Part shown: positions 9,421 to 18,752 of the stretch, piece after piece
How positions within the stretch are numbered: position 1 is the stretch's first letter
Layout of the letters: each line of letters starts with the position of its first letter
Position numbers and translations under genes: made by a program
Assembly (NCBI GenBank): GCA_040081625.1
Contig: JBEBGD010000043.1
Span: forward strand, 1-41,219
Origin: Chthoniobacteraceae bacterium
GTDB taxonomy: Bacteria > Verrucomicrobiota > Verrucomicrobiia > Chthoniobacterales > Chthoniobacteraceae
Direction: 5' to 3'
Length of the DNA stretch: 41,219 nt
The notes under the pieces: generated by a model
Told to the model about the DNA's origin: nothing
Databases searched by the model: none
The model's input: the letters and a program-made list of their open reading frames with translations, nothing else

Positions 9421-11481
9421 ATGATTCGCGCGCTGCTCCTCTTTCTCCTCGCGTCCCTGCCAGTCGCCCTCGCGCAGTTCGGTGGCGCCCAGGATTTGGT
9501 GAAACCCGAACTGCTCGCCGACACGAGCGCCGTCGCGCCGGGCAAACCTTTCACCGTGCTCGTGCGCATGAAGATGAAGGCCGGCTGGCATGTGTATTGG
9601 CGCTTTGGCGGCGACTCCGGCGCGCCGCCGAGCATCGAGTGGAAACTGCCCACGGGATTCACCGCCGGGGAGATCCAGTGGCCCCTGCCGACGCTCCACC
9701 GCGACGAGGGCGACCTGATCACCAACGTCTATGAGGATGAATTGCTGCTGCCTGTGCAGATCACGCCGCCCGCAAAAATTGACGCAACCGAGGTGGCGCT
9801 GAACGCGGACTTGAAGTGGCTCGTCTGCGAGCAAACCTGCGTGCCGGGCAGCGGAGAAATCTCGCTAACGCTGCCGGTCGGCGCCGACGCAAAGCCCGCC
9901 AACGCGGAGCTCGTCGCGACCGCGCTCGGTCGTCTGCCGAAACCGGAACCGCCACCATTTCAAACGAAGTGGGACGTGAAGCCGGAAGCGTTCACCGTGA
10001 AAGTCTCCGGCCTGCCGAAGGAAGCGCGCGTCGAGTTCTTTCCGCTCCCGCCGAATTTCGACGTGAAGCCGAAGCCCGCGAAGGTCAGCGGCGACACGAT
10101 CACCGTGCCGGTCGAGAGCGGTGGCGCGGCGAATACGGCGTGGCGGGGATTGATCGTGACACAGCTCGGCGACGGCCCGCGCAGCGGCTGGATGATCGCG
10201 CCAACCGCCGGCACCGCGCCGCCGAAACCCACCACGACCGCCGCCGCGCCAACATTCACGCTCTTCCGCGCGCTCTGGGTCGCGCTACTCGGCGGCCTGC
10301 TGCTGAATCTCATGCCGTGCGTGCTGCCAGTCATCGCGCTGAAAATCTTCAGCTTCGTAAGCCAGGCCGGCGAACATCCCGAACGCGTCTTCCGCCTCGG
10401 CCTCGCTTTCGTCGCGGGCGTGTTCGTCTTCTTCATCGGCATCGCCGCTCTCGCCATCGGACTGCGCTCCGCGGGGCAGGGATTTTTCTGGGGCATGCAA
10501 TTCGCCGACCCGCGCCTCCTGCTCGGCCTCATCGCGCTCGTCGTGATTTTCGCGATGTCCATGTTCGGCGTCTTCGAGATCACGCTCGGCGGCGCGGCGG
10601 AGAATGCGCTCGGCAATCTCTCGCGCCGCGACGGCTACGGCGGCGCATTCGTTCACGGCCTCTTCACCACGCTGCTCGGCACCTCATGCACCGCGCCGCT
10701 CGTTGGCCCCGTGCTTGGCTTCGCAGTCACGCAGCCGCCGGTGGCGATCATCGCGATCTTCGTCGCGATGGCCGCCGGCATGAGCCTGCCGTATTTCCTG
10801 CTCACGTGGCATCCCGCGTGGATGCGCTTTTTGCCGAAGCCCGGCGCATGGATGGATCGCTTCAAGCAACTCATGGGCTTCGTGCTGCTCGCCGTCGCCG
10901 TGTGGCTGCTCGGCGTGCTCGGCAAGACGCGCGGCCCCGACGCGGCAACCGCTTCCGCGTGGCTGCTGCTCTTCCTCGCGCTCGCCTCGTGGATCTTCGG
11001 CGCCGGCCATCGCCGCTGGTGGGCGACGCTGATCGCGCTGCTCGTGCTCGGAGTCGGCGCGCACCTTTTCCTCGCCGACGCGCTGCACAAGACCACCCAA
11101 GCCGACGCGGAAGTGAAGGCGAACGCGGTCGGCATCGTGTGGGAGAAATTTTCGCCCGAGCGCGTCGAGCAGGCGCGCAAGGCCGGCCAGCCTGTGTTCC
11201 TCGACTTCACCGCCGAGTGGTGCGTGAACTGCAAAGTCAACGAAGCCGGCGTGCTCAACACCGCGCCGGTCGCCGCGGTGTTCAAGGACAAGGGCGTGCT
11301 CACGCTCAAGGCCGACTGGACCGACTTCGATCCCGTCATCACCGACGCACTCAAGAAGTTCGAGCGCATCGGCGTGCCGCTCTACGTCCTCTATCGACCG
11401 GGCGAAGATGCGCCCGTGCTCTTTCCCGAGCTGCTCACGACGAATCTCGTGCTCGGCGAACTCGCGAAGATCGCGCGCTGA
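9421..11481 (+). CDS. dsbD: Thiol:disulfide interchange protein DsbD family
   Basis: Signal peptide at ATG 9421, GWHVYW and VCEQTC (N-domain), NLMPCVLP and TSCTAP (TM domain), DFTAEWCVNC (thioredoxin domain). Confidence 0.9.
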   Translation: MIRALLLFLLASLPVALAQFGGAQDLVKPELLADTSAVAPGKPFTVLVRMKMKAGWHVYWRFGGDSGAPPSIEWKLPTGFTAGEIQWPLPTLHRDEGDLITNVYEDELLLPVQITPPAKIDATEVALNADLKWLVCEQTCVPGSGEISLTLPVGADAKPANAELVATALGRLPKPEPPPFQTKWDVKPEAFTVKVSGLPKEARVEFFPLPPNFDVKPKPAKVSGDTITVPVESGGAANTAWRGLIVTQLGDGPRSGWMIAPTAGTAPPKPTTTAAAPTFTLFRALWVALLGGLLLNLMPCVLPVIALKIFSFVSQAGEHPERVFRLGLAFVAGVFVFFIGIAALAIGLRSAGQGFFWGMQFADPRLLLGLIALVVIFAMSMFGVFEITLGGAAENALGNLSRRDGYGGAFVHGLFTTLLGTSCTAPLVGPVLGFAVTQPPVAIIAIFVAMAAGMSLPYFLLTWHPAWMRFLPKPGAWMDRFKQLMGFVLLAVAVWLLGVLGKTRGPDAATASAWLLLFLALASWIFGAGHRRWWATLIALLVLGVGAHLFLADALHKTTQADAEVKANAVGIVWEKFSPERVEQARKAGQPVFLDFTAEWCVNCKVNEAGVLNTAPVAAVFKDKGVLTLKADWTDFDPVITDALKKFERIGVPLYVLYRPGEDAPVLFPELLTTNLVLGELAKIAR

Positions 11482-11537
11482 CCCGCGCTCGCGGCAAAGA
11501 AACGCGCCATCGAAGCGGTTAATCCCGCCAGCGTCTC

Positions 11538-14144
11538 ATGCTTTTCCGACACACGACATTCCTGCTGCTCCTCGTCTGCGCCATCGCGCGCGCCTCGGAG
11601 CGCGAGCCGACTTTCGAGCGCGATGTCGCGCCCATCCTCAAAGCGCACTGCACTCACTGCCACGGCGAGGAGGAGAAGCCAAAGGCTGGCGTGGACCTGC
11701 GACTCCGCCGATTCATGGACAAGGAACTTGACGGCGGTTCGCGCGTCCTCGTGCCGGGCAACCCCGACGAGAGCGAGATGATCCTACTCGTGCGCGAGGG
11801 CGAGATGCCGAAGAAGGGCAAGAAGCTCCCGCCCGAACAAATCGCAGTGCTCGAGCGCTGGATCGCGCAGGGCGCAAAGACCGCGCGTCCCGAGCCGGTG
11901 TCGCTCCCGCCCGGCCCGCTCATCACGGACGAGGAGCGCGAGTTCTGGTCGTTCAAGCCGATCGCACGCCCGCCAATGCCGACGATCGAAAGCCCACGCA
12001 CGCGCACGCCGATCGACGCCTTCATCCTCGCGAAGCTCCGCGAGCAGCAGCTCGACTTCGCGCCCGACGCCGATCCGCGCGCGCTCATCCGCCGCGTCAC
12101 GCTCGATCTCACCGGCCTGCCGCCGACGCCGGAGGAAGTCGATGCGTTCGTCGCCGACACCGCGCCGGACGCTTACGAAAAGGTCGTCGATCGCCTTCTC
12201 GCATCCACGGCCTACGGCGAGCGCTGGGCGCGGCACTGGCTCGATGTCGTGGGCTACGCGGACTCGAACGGCTTCGCCGAAGCCGACTCTCCGCGCCCGC
12301 ACGCGTGGCGCTATCGCGATTACGTCATCCGCGCGTTCAACGCCGACAAACCGTGGAGCGACTTCATCGTCGAGCAGCTCGCAGGCGATGAACTCGCGGG
12401 CGTCACGCACGCCGACACGCAGCAAGCGGTGATCGACCCGAAACGCCGCGAAGCACTCACCGCGACCGCCTTCCTCCGTATGGCGCCGGATGGCACCGGC
12501 GATGGCGTGCCGGACATGAAGCTCGCGCAGAACCAGGTCGTCGCGGAGGAGATCAAAGTCGTCACGTCGTCGCTGCTCGGCCTCACCGTCGCCTGCGCGC
12601 AGTGCCACGATCATCGCTACGATCCGATCCCGCAGGCCGACTACTACCGGCTGCGCGCGATCTTCGAGCCGGCGCTCAATTGGAAGGCGTGGCGCACGCC
12701 GGCCCAGCGCCAGTATTCGCTCTACACGCCCGAGGAACGCGCGAAAGCCGACGCGATCGAGAAGCAGGTCGGCGTCTTCAATCGCGAGGCGCAGGCGATG
12801 AGCAAAAAGTTCCTCGACGAGATCTTCGAGAAGGAACTCGTGAAGTTGCCGGAGAATGAACGCGAGCCTTACCGCGCCGCGCGCGCGACCGCGGAGAAGG
12901 ACCGCACGGCGGAGCAGAAGGCGCTGATCAAAAAATATCCGTCGGCCCTCGCGCTTTACTCGCTCGATCTCTACGACGCGGCATTGCAGAAGAAGGTGCT
13001 CGAGAAGACCGCCGAGGGCACCAAACTGCGGACAACGCGTCCACCCGAGGGCATGGTGATGGCGCTCACCGAACTCAAGGCGCCGGCTCCGGCGACGCTG
13101 CTTTTTCATCGCGGCGATCACGACCAACCGAAGCAGGCCGTCACGCCGGGCGAACTCGGAGTGATCGAGCGCGAACCGCTCAAAATCGAGCCGACAGCAT
13201 CCGGATCGACCGGCCGGCGCCTCGCGTATGCGCGCTGGCTCACGAGCGGAAAACATCCGCTCGTCGCGCGCGTGCTCGTGAATCGATTCTGGCTGCACCA
13301 TTTCGGCCGCGGCCTCGTGAACACGCCCGGCGACTTCGGCGCGCTCGGCGAGCGACCCACGCATCCCGAGTTGCTCGACTGGCTCGCGAGCGAGTTCATG
13401 GACGGCGGCTGGAAGCTCAAGCCTCTGCACCGGCTCATGGTCCTCAGCGCGACCTACCGCCAGTCGTCGCGCGGCGAGGCGTCGATTAATGCCAACCCCG
13501 ACAACGAATTCTACGGTCGCTTCAAGATCCAACGGCTCGACGCCGAGACCCTGCGCGACTCGATGCTCGCCACCGCCGGCACGCTCAACCGCGCGAGCTT
13601 CGGCGCGCCCTCGGACATCGCGCGCGACGTATCGGGCCGCATCGTGGTCGGCATCGACAAGGGCACGATCAGCGCCGCGAAAGTGGAAAGCGGCGGCAAG
13701 AACGACTTCCGCCGCTCGATCTACGTGCAGACGCGCCGCAAGACGCCGCTCACCGTGCTCGAGACCTTCGACGCGCCGACGATGCTGCCGAACTGCGAGA
13801 TGCGAAGCACCTCCACCGTCGCACCGCAATCGCTTCTGCTGATGAACGACACCTTCGTCCTCGACACCGCCCGCGCACTCGCGACGCGGCTGCGCGCCGA
13901 GGTGCAAGGCGACGCGCGCGGCCAGATCGTGAAGGCGTGGCGCATCCTCTTCGGCAAAGCGCCGCAGGAAGCCGACGTGCTCCGCGGGCTCGCATATCTC
14001 GCAGAGCAAACCGAAGCCGTGCGCGCGTATCACCACGGCATCCAGCGCGCGAAGGATGCACCGCCGCCCGACCCGCAGCTCGACGCGCTCGCGAGCCTCT
14101 GCCAGGTGCTCTTCAGCTCGAACCGATTCCTCTACATCGAGTGA
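11538..14144 (+). CDS. Planctomycete-type cytochrome c protein (PSCyt1/DUF1549/DUF1553-PSD1)
   Basis: Signal peptide, CTHCH and CAQCHDH heme motifs, [57 protein letters not shown]. Confidence 0.93.
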   Translation: MLFRHTTFLLLLVCAIARASEREPTFERDVAPILKAHCTHCHGEEEKPKAGVDLRLRRFMDKELDGGSRVLVPGNPDESEMILLVREGEMPKKGKKLPPEQIAVLERWIAQGAKTARPEPVSLPPGPLITDEEREFWSFKPIARPPMPTIESPRTRTPIDAFILAKLREQQLDFAPDADPRALIRRVTLDLTGLPPTPEEVDAFVADTAPDAYEKVVDRLLASTAYGERWARHWLDVVGYADSNGFAEADSPRPHAWRYRDYVIRAFNADKPWSDFIVEQLAGDELAGVTHADTQQAVIDPKRREALTATAFLRMAPDGTGDGVPDMKLAQNQVVAEEIKVVTSSLLGLTVACAQCHDHRYDPIPQADYYRLRAIFEPALNWKAWRTPAQRQYSLYTPEERAKADAIEKQVGVFNREAQAMSKKFLDEIFEKELVKLPENEREPYRAARATAEKDRTAEQKALIKKYPSALALYSLDLYDAALQKKVLEKTAEGTKLRTTRPPEGMVMALTELKAPAPATLLFHRGDHDQPKQAVTPGELGVIEREPLKIEPTASGSTGRRLAYARWLTSGKHPLVARVLVNRFWLHHFGRGLVNTPGDFGALGERPTHPELLDWLASEFMDGGWKLKPLHRLMVLSATYRQSSRGEASINANPDNEFYGRFKIQRLDAETLRDSMLATAGTLNRASFGAPSDIARDVSGRIVVGIDKGTISAAKVESGGKNDFRRSIYVQTRRKTPLTVLETFDAPTMLPNCEMRSTSTVAPQSLLLMNDTFVLDTARALATRLRAEVQGDARGQIVKAWRILFGKAPQEADVLRGLAYLAEQTEAVRAYHHGIQRAKDAPPPDPQLDALASLCQVLFSSNRFLYIE

Positions 14145-14168
14145 CGTCGTCGCGCCGTCTGCGCGATG

Positions 14169-14198
14169 TGTAACCTTGCGGACCTTTTCCCCAAGGAA
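14169..14198 (+). promoter_or_regulatory. Bipartite motif copy 1 (candidate ECF-dependent promoter) upstream of the ECF sigma gene
   Basis: TGTAACCTT-GCGGACCTTT-TCCCCAAGGAA. Identical flanking blocks and the same 10-nt spacer length recur at 14923-14952. Confidence 0.65.
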
Positions 14199-14212
14199 TC
14201 ATTGCAACCCTC

Positions 14213-14917
14213 ATGCAACCCACCGAGAGCACCGGCTCATTCATGCCCACGCGCTGGACGCTCGTTCTCCGCGCGAATGCGTCGTCGCCGGAGGGCCGCG
14301 CGGCGCTGAGCGATTTGTGCGCGGCCTACTACCAGCCGGTCTTCGTATTCCTGCGGCGGATGGGCTTCGATCCAGACGCGGCGCGCGATCACACGCACTC
14401 GTTCTTCGCGCACTTGTTGCAGCGCGGATTTCCCGGGCCTGATCCGGCGCGCGGGCGATTCCGCAGCTACCTGCTCGGCGCGGTGAAATTTTTCGTCGGC
14501 GACCTGCTGGATCGCGCGACGACGGAGAAGCGCGGCGGTCATGCGGAGCGTCACGCGCTCGACGTGCAGGAAGGCGATTCGCCTGCGCTGAACGTCGGTG
14601 CTCCGTCCGCGGAAGCGTTCGACCGCGAGTGGGCCGTGGCGGTAATGAATCGCGCCGTGGCCGCGCTCGCCGCCGAGCACGACGGCGGACGCGCGGCGCA
14701 ATTCGAGGCGCTGCGCCCGTGGCTGATGGGCGACGCCGCCGTGCCCCACGCGGAGACGGCGCGTGCGCTCGGCATGAACGAGGGCGCGGTGAAAGTGGCG
14801 GTGCATCGGCTGCGCAAACGCTTCCGCGAACTGCTGCGGCGCGAGATCGCGCAGACGCTCGACGACGAGGCCGATGTGGACGACGAGTTGCGTTACCTCT
14901 GCTCGGTGCATGGATGA
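14213..14917 (+). CDS. ECF-type RNA polymerase sigma factor, Ser/Thr kinase-associated type
   Basis: FxxTRWTLV N-terminus, LCAAYYQPV, RGRFRSYLL (region 2), FDREWA, LGMNEGAVKVAVHRLRKRF (region 4 HTH). Directly upstream of a kinase gene. Confidence 0.9.
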   Translation: MQPTESTGSFMPTRWTLVLRANASSPEGRAALSDLCAAYYQPVFVFLRRMGFDPDAARDHTHSFFAHLLQRGFPGPDPARGRFRSYLLGAVKFFVGDLLDRATTEKRGGHAERHALDVQEGDSPALNVGAPSAEAFDREWAVAVMNRAVAALAAEHDGGRAAQFEALRPWLMGDAAVPHAETARALGMNEGAVKVAVHRLRKRFRELLRREIAQTLDDEADVDDELRYLCSVHG

Positions 14918-14922
14918 TTCGC

Positions 14923-14952
14923 TGTAACCTTTCGCTCCGCATCCCCAAGGAA
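14923..14952 (+). promoter_or_regulatory. Bipartite motif copy 2 upstream of the kinase gene
   Basis: TGTAACCTT-TCGCTCCGCA-TCCCCAAGGAA, ending 5 nt before ATG 14958. Confidence 0.65.
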
Positions 14953-14957
14953 CAGGC

Positions 14958-16889
14958 ATGACCACGAATGCATCACGATCCTGTCTCCAGTGCGGCGCGC
15001 TGATCCCGGAGGCATCCGCGGACGGTCTCTGCCCGCGCTGTGTCTTCGCGAAGGTCATGGCGCCAACGGCGGATCCAGCCGCCCCGCCGCACGTCCCGCC
15101 GGATTTGGAATCCGTGCGCACGGCGTTCCCGAATCTTGAGGTCGCGGAGTTGATCGGTAGCGGTGGGATGGGCGCGGTTTTCAAGGCGCGGCAGCCGCAG
15201 CTCGACCGCTTCGTCGCGTTGAAAATCCTGCCGGCGGAACTCGCGGGACGCGGCGGATTTTCCGAGCGGTTCCAGCGCGAGGCGCAGGCGCTCGCGCGGT
15301 TGAGCCACCCGCACATCGTCACGATTCACGACTTCGGGCAGGCGGGTGGATTCTTCTACCTGCTGATGGAATTCGTGGACGGCGTGAACCTGCGGCAGGC
15401 GATGCGCGCGGGCCGCTTCACTCCCGAGCAGGCACTCGCGATCGTGCCGCCGGTTTGCGAGGCGCTCCAATTTGCGCACGATCACGGCATCGTGCATCGC
15501 GACATCAAGCCGGAGAATCTGCTGCTCGACAAAGACGGGCGCGTGAAAATCGCAGACTTCGGCATCGCGAAAATGCTCGGCGAGGAATCAAGCACCGGCC
15601 TAGCCGAGTCGCAGCCCGCCGGCACGCCGCAATACATGGCGCCCGAGCAGCGCGAGCATCAGCGCACGGACCATCGCGCGGACATCTACTCGCTCGGCGT
15701 CGTGCTCTACGAACTGCTCACCGGCGAACTCCCCGCGGACAAACTCCAGCCGCCTTCGTCCCGAATTCGCGGGATGCAGATCGATGTGCGGCTCGATGAG
15801 GTGGTGCTGCGCGCGCTGAATGAAAAGCCTGAGCTGCGCTGGCAGACGGCGGCAGAGTTTCAGACGGGCGTGGAAACCGTGATCACGCGCCCGCAAACCC
15901 AGGCGGGGGCACAGCAGCGGCTTTATCACTTGATGGGCTATCACACACCGTGGGGTCGGCGGTTGCTGAAGCTATCGTTCATCGGGCTGCTTGGTTTCCT
16001 CGGCTTCGTGCCGGGGCTGGAATTCATGGCGGTGTGCAGCGTTTTCTTCGTGCTCATGGCCGTCGCGAGTTTGATCGAGTGGTGGTGCCGCCGCCGCCAG
16101 TTGGATCGTTCGCTCCCGGTCCGCAAATGGTGGCACAAAGCGCTCGTCAACGTGCTCCTCGCCATCATCATCGTCATCCCGCTGCAAGCCTGGGTGCTGC
16201 AGGCTTTTGTCATCCCTGTGAATTCCATGGAGCCAGAGCTGCCCGCGGGCAGCCGTGTGCTGGTCTGGAAGCTCACCCGACGCTTTACACCGGGCGACAT
16301 CGTCGCGCACAAGCACGGCGATCGAGTGTGGGTGAGCCGCGTGGTGCGCGAGGAGAAGGAGCAGCTCGTCGTGCAGCGCAACCAGTGGCCCGAGGAGAAG
16401 CGGCCGCGCGCGGACGTCATCGGTAAAGTCGTGAGCGTGTTCTGGCGCGCATCGCCCGCGCCGAGGAGCGCCGTGCTCCGGGCTTTCAAACCCACGGACT
16501 CCCCGATCTCCAAACAGGCCGTGCCCGATGACGGCGCGTGGCGTGTGGATGCCGCCGAGGCGCAGGTCGTGAGCCTGTTCGAGTTGCCGCTGGCGGACAT
16601 CGACGACCGCACGATCATCTACCGCGCCAAGATGAGATCGGAGAACGTCAAAGGCCGCGCGTTTCTCGAGATGTGGTGCCGTGTGCCTGGCCTCGGCGAG
16701 AGCTTCTCGCGCGGTCTCGACAAGACCATCACGGGCAGCAACGACTGGGGCACGTTTGAAATCCCGTTCTTCCTCAAGAAAGGCGAGAAGGCCGATCACT
16801 TGAAGCTCAACCTCAACCTTGAAGGATCGGGCCGTGTGTGGATCAAGGACATCGAGGTGATCGCGAACGGCGTTGGCGTGAGGCCATGA
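14958..16889 (+). CDS. Hanks-type Ser/Thr kinase: N-terminal Zn-ribbon, kinase domain, TM helices, degenerate S26 peptidase-like domain, C-terminal beta-sandwich domain
   Basis: CLQC...[36 protein letters not shown], hydrophobic segments, then [12 protein letters not shown]...GDIV...VSRVV...VIGKV. Confidence 0.92.
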   Translation: MTTNASRSCLQCGALIPEASADGLCPRCVFAKVMAPTADPAAPPHVPPDLESVRTAFPNLEVAELIGSGGMGAVFKARQPQLDRFVALKILPAELAGRGGFSERFQREAQALARLSHPHIVTIHDFGQAGGFFYLLMEFVDGVNLRQAMRAGRFTPEQALAIVPPVCEALQFAHDHGIVHRDIKPENLLLDKDGRVKIADFGIAKMLGEESSTGLAESQPAGTPQYMAPEQREHQRTDHRADIYSLGVVLYELLTGELPADKLQPPSSRIRGMQIDVRLDEVVLRALNEKPELRWQTAAEFQTGVETVITRPQTQAGAQQRLYHLMGYHTPWGRRLLKLSFIGLLGFLGFVPGLEFMAVCSVFFVLMAVASLIEWWCRRRQLDRSLPVRKWWHKALVNVLLAIIIVIPLQAWVLQAFVIPVNSMEPELPAGSRVLVWKLTRRFTPGDIVAHKHGDRVWVSRVVREEKEQLVVQRNQWPEEKRPRADVIGKVVSVFWRASPAPRSAVLRAFKPTDSPISKQAVPDDGAWRVDAAEAQVVSLFELPLADIDDRTIIYRAKMRSENVKGRAFLEMWCRVPGLGESFSRGLDKTITGSNDWGTFEIPFFLKKGEKADHLKLNLNLEGSGRVWIKDIEVIANGVGVRP

Positions 16890-16915
16890 AATGCCACGTC
16901 ACCCGCTGAACGCCC

Positions 16916-17173
16916 GTGCGGCAGGCGGGGGATGAGGGCGCGTTTGCGGCGCTCGTGCGGATGCATGAGAGACTTGTCATCGGCACGGAGGCGCGGCTAA
17001 CCGTGCAATTCCATGCTGATGGTGGACCGATGGCGACGGTCTTCCCGGCGAACACCGGCGTCGGAGAACGGATCGTATTGCTCGTCCTCATCGCCGGCAT
17101 CGTGCTGCTCGTCGTGCTGCTGCTTGTATTTGGTCTCGGTTTGGCCGTGTGGATCGCAGCGTATCAAGGCTGA
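16916..17173 (+). pseudogene. Remnant of an ECF sigma factor region 2 fused to a hydrophobic tail
   Basis: RQAGDEGAFAALVRMHERLVIGTEARLT resembles the GDExAFxxLVxxHxxxVxxxAxRL start of ECF region 2. The rest of region 2 and region 4 are missing. Confidence 0.5.
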
Positions 17174-17251
17174 CGTGCCGAAGACCCCGCGCACGAGCCG
17201 AGACCAATAGGACGCCAAACGAAATGCGAGCCGGGAGGGTTAGTAGAGACG

Positions 17252-18703
17252 ATGTCCCACTCACTCCTCTGCTCCCGCCGCCACTTCCTCCACGCCGGCG
17301 GATTCGGCCTCGGCTCGCTCGCACTTGCACAACTGCTCCGCGGCGACGGGCTCCTCGCCGCACCGATCAAGCCGCACGCCATCGGCGAGACGCCGAGCTA
17401 TGACCTGCTGCCGAAGGCGCCGCACTTCGAGCCGACAGCGAAGGCGATGATCTCGCTCTTCATGATGGGCGGCCCGTCGCAGATGGATCTCTTCGACCCG
17501 AAGCCGATGCTCCAGAAATTCGACGGGCAGAAATTCCCCGGCGAGATCAAATACGACAACCTCGCGCAGGCCTCGGCGAAAGTGTTCGGCTCGCCGTGGA
17601 AATTCGCGCCACGCGGACAGTGCGGGATGGAGTTGAGCGAACTGCTCCCGAATCTTGCCGAGGTCGCCGACGACATCACGCTCATCCGCTCGATGAAGTC
17701 CGGCGTGAACAACCACGGCCAGGGCCTCTACGCGATGCTCAATGGCCGCGTCACCGCAGGCCGCCCGACCATCGGCTCGTGGCTCAGCTACGGGCTCGGC
17801 AGCGAATCGCAGGATCTGCCCGCCTACATGGTGCTCGCGCATCCCGGCGGCCTTCCCACGTTTCAAGGCGAGCACTTCACCAACGGCTGGCTGCCCGCGC
17901 TTTATCAGGGAACGCTCATCCGCCCGACCGAGCCGCGCATTCTCAACCTCGACCCGCCCGCGCACCTCGCCGGCCGCGCGCAGGACCGTCAGCTCGATCT
18001 GCTCAAGACATTCAACGAGGCGCACCTCGCCGAACATCCCGGCCAACTCGACCTGCAAGCGCGCATCGCCAGCTACGAACTCGCCGCGAACATGCAGACC
18101 GCCGCGAAAGAGGCGCTCGATATTTCCGGCGAACCCGAGCACATCAAGAAACTCTACGGCGTCGATGATCCGCGCACTAAGGACTACGCCACGCGCTGCA
18201 TCATCGCGCGGCGGCTCGTCGAACGCGGCGTGCGCTTTGTGCAGGTGTTGAATGCCGGCCAGTCGTGGGACCAGCACGGCAATCTCATCACCGCGCTTCC
18301 CGGCAATTGCATCGCCACCGACCGCCCGTCCGCCGCGCTCATCATCGATCTCAAACAACGCGGACTGCTCGATTCGACCGTTGTGCATTGGGGCGGCGAA
18401 ATGGGCCGCCTGCCCGTGCTGCAAAACGACGCGGGCCGCGAGAAATGGGGACGCGATCACAACACGCATGGCTTCTCCATGTGGGTCGCCGGCGGCGGCT
18501 TCAAGCGCGGGAGCGTGCATGGCGAGACCGACGAGTGGAGCCACCAGGCAGTAAAGGATATCGTCCACCACTACGACTGGCACGCGACGCTGCTGCACTG
18601 CTTCGGCCTCGACCACAAACAGCTCATCTACAAACGCAACGGCACCGCCGCGTCGCTCACCGACGGCCAGGAAGCGCGCGTCGTGCGCGAGTTGCTGGCG
18701 TAA
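17252..18703 (+). CDS. DUF1501 family protein with Tat signal
   Basis: SRRHFL twin-arginine motif, FMMGGPSQMDLFDPKP, GSWLSYGLG, YELA..MQ, ARRLVERGVRFVQ, WDQH, GEMGRLP, GRDHN. Confidence 0.93.
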   Translation: MSHSLLCSRRHFLHAGGFGLGSLALAQLLRGDGLLAAPIKPHAIGETPSYDLLPKAPHFEPTAKAMISLFMMGGPSQMDLFDPKPMLQKFDGQKFPGEIKYDNLAQASAKVFGSPWKFAPRGQCGMELSELLPNLAEVADDITLIRSMKSGVNNHGQGLYAMLNGRVTAGRPTIGSWLSYGLGSESQDLPAYMVLAHPGGLPTFQGEHFTNGWLPALYQGTLIRPTEPRILNLDPPAHLAGRAQDRQLDLLKTFNEAHLAEHPGQLDLQARIASYELAANMQTAAKEALDISGEPEHIKKLYGVDDPRTKDYATRCIIARRLVERGVRFVQVLNAGQSWDQHGNLITALPGNCIATDRPSAALIIDLKQRGLLDSTVVHWGGEMGRLPVLQNDAGREKWGRDHNTHGFSMWVAGGGFKRGSVHGETDEWSHQAVKDIVHHYDWHATLLHCFGLDHKQLIYKRNGTAASLTDGQEARVVRELLA

Positions 18704-18704
18704 T

Positions 18705-18752
18705 GTAGCCACGTCGCTCTGCGACGTGCACGGCCCGGAGGGCCGTGGCTAC
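18705..18752. repeat. Inverted doublet of GTAG-type REP-like palindromes
   Basis: Plus strand GTAGC-CACGTCGC-TCT-GCGACGTG (18705-18728) abuts minus strand GTAGC-CACGGCCC-TCC-GGGCCGTG (18752-18729), between convergent genes. Confidence 0.75.

Noticed and set aside
8302..9834. Apparent 1.5-kb overlap between ORFs 8302-11481 (+) and 8155-9834 (-)
   Set aside because: Artefact of longest-ORF calling. The plausible starts are ATG 9282 (-) and ATG 9421 (+), giving an ordinary divergent pair.
14142..17176. TGACGT at 14142-14147 and 17171-17176 as a target-site duplication around the ECF/kinase cassette
   Set aside because: Only 6 bp, both include TGA stop codons, and there are no terminal inverted repeats or transposase; compatible with chance.
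11784..18712. Long antisense ORFs 11784-14036 and 17261-18712
   Set aside because: Mirror frames of the cytochrome and DUF1501 genes, expected from codon bias.
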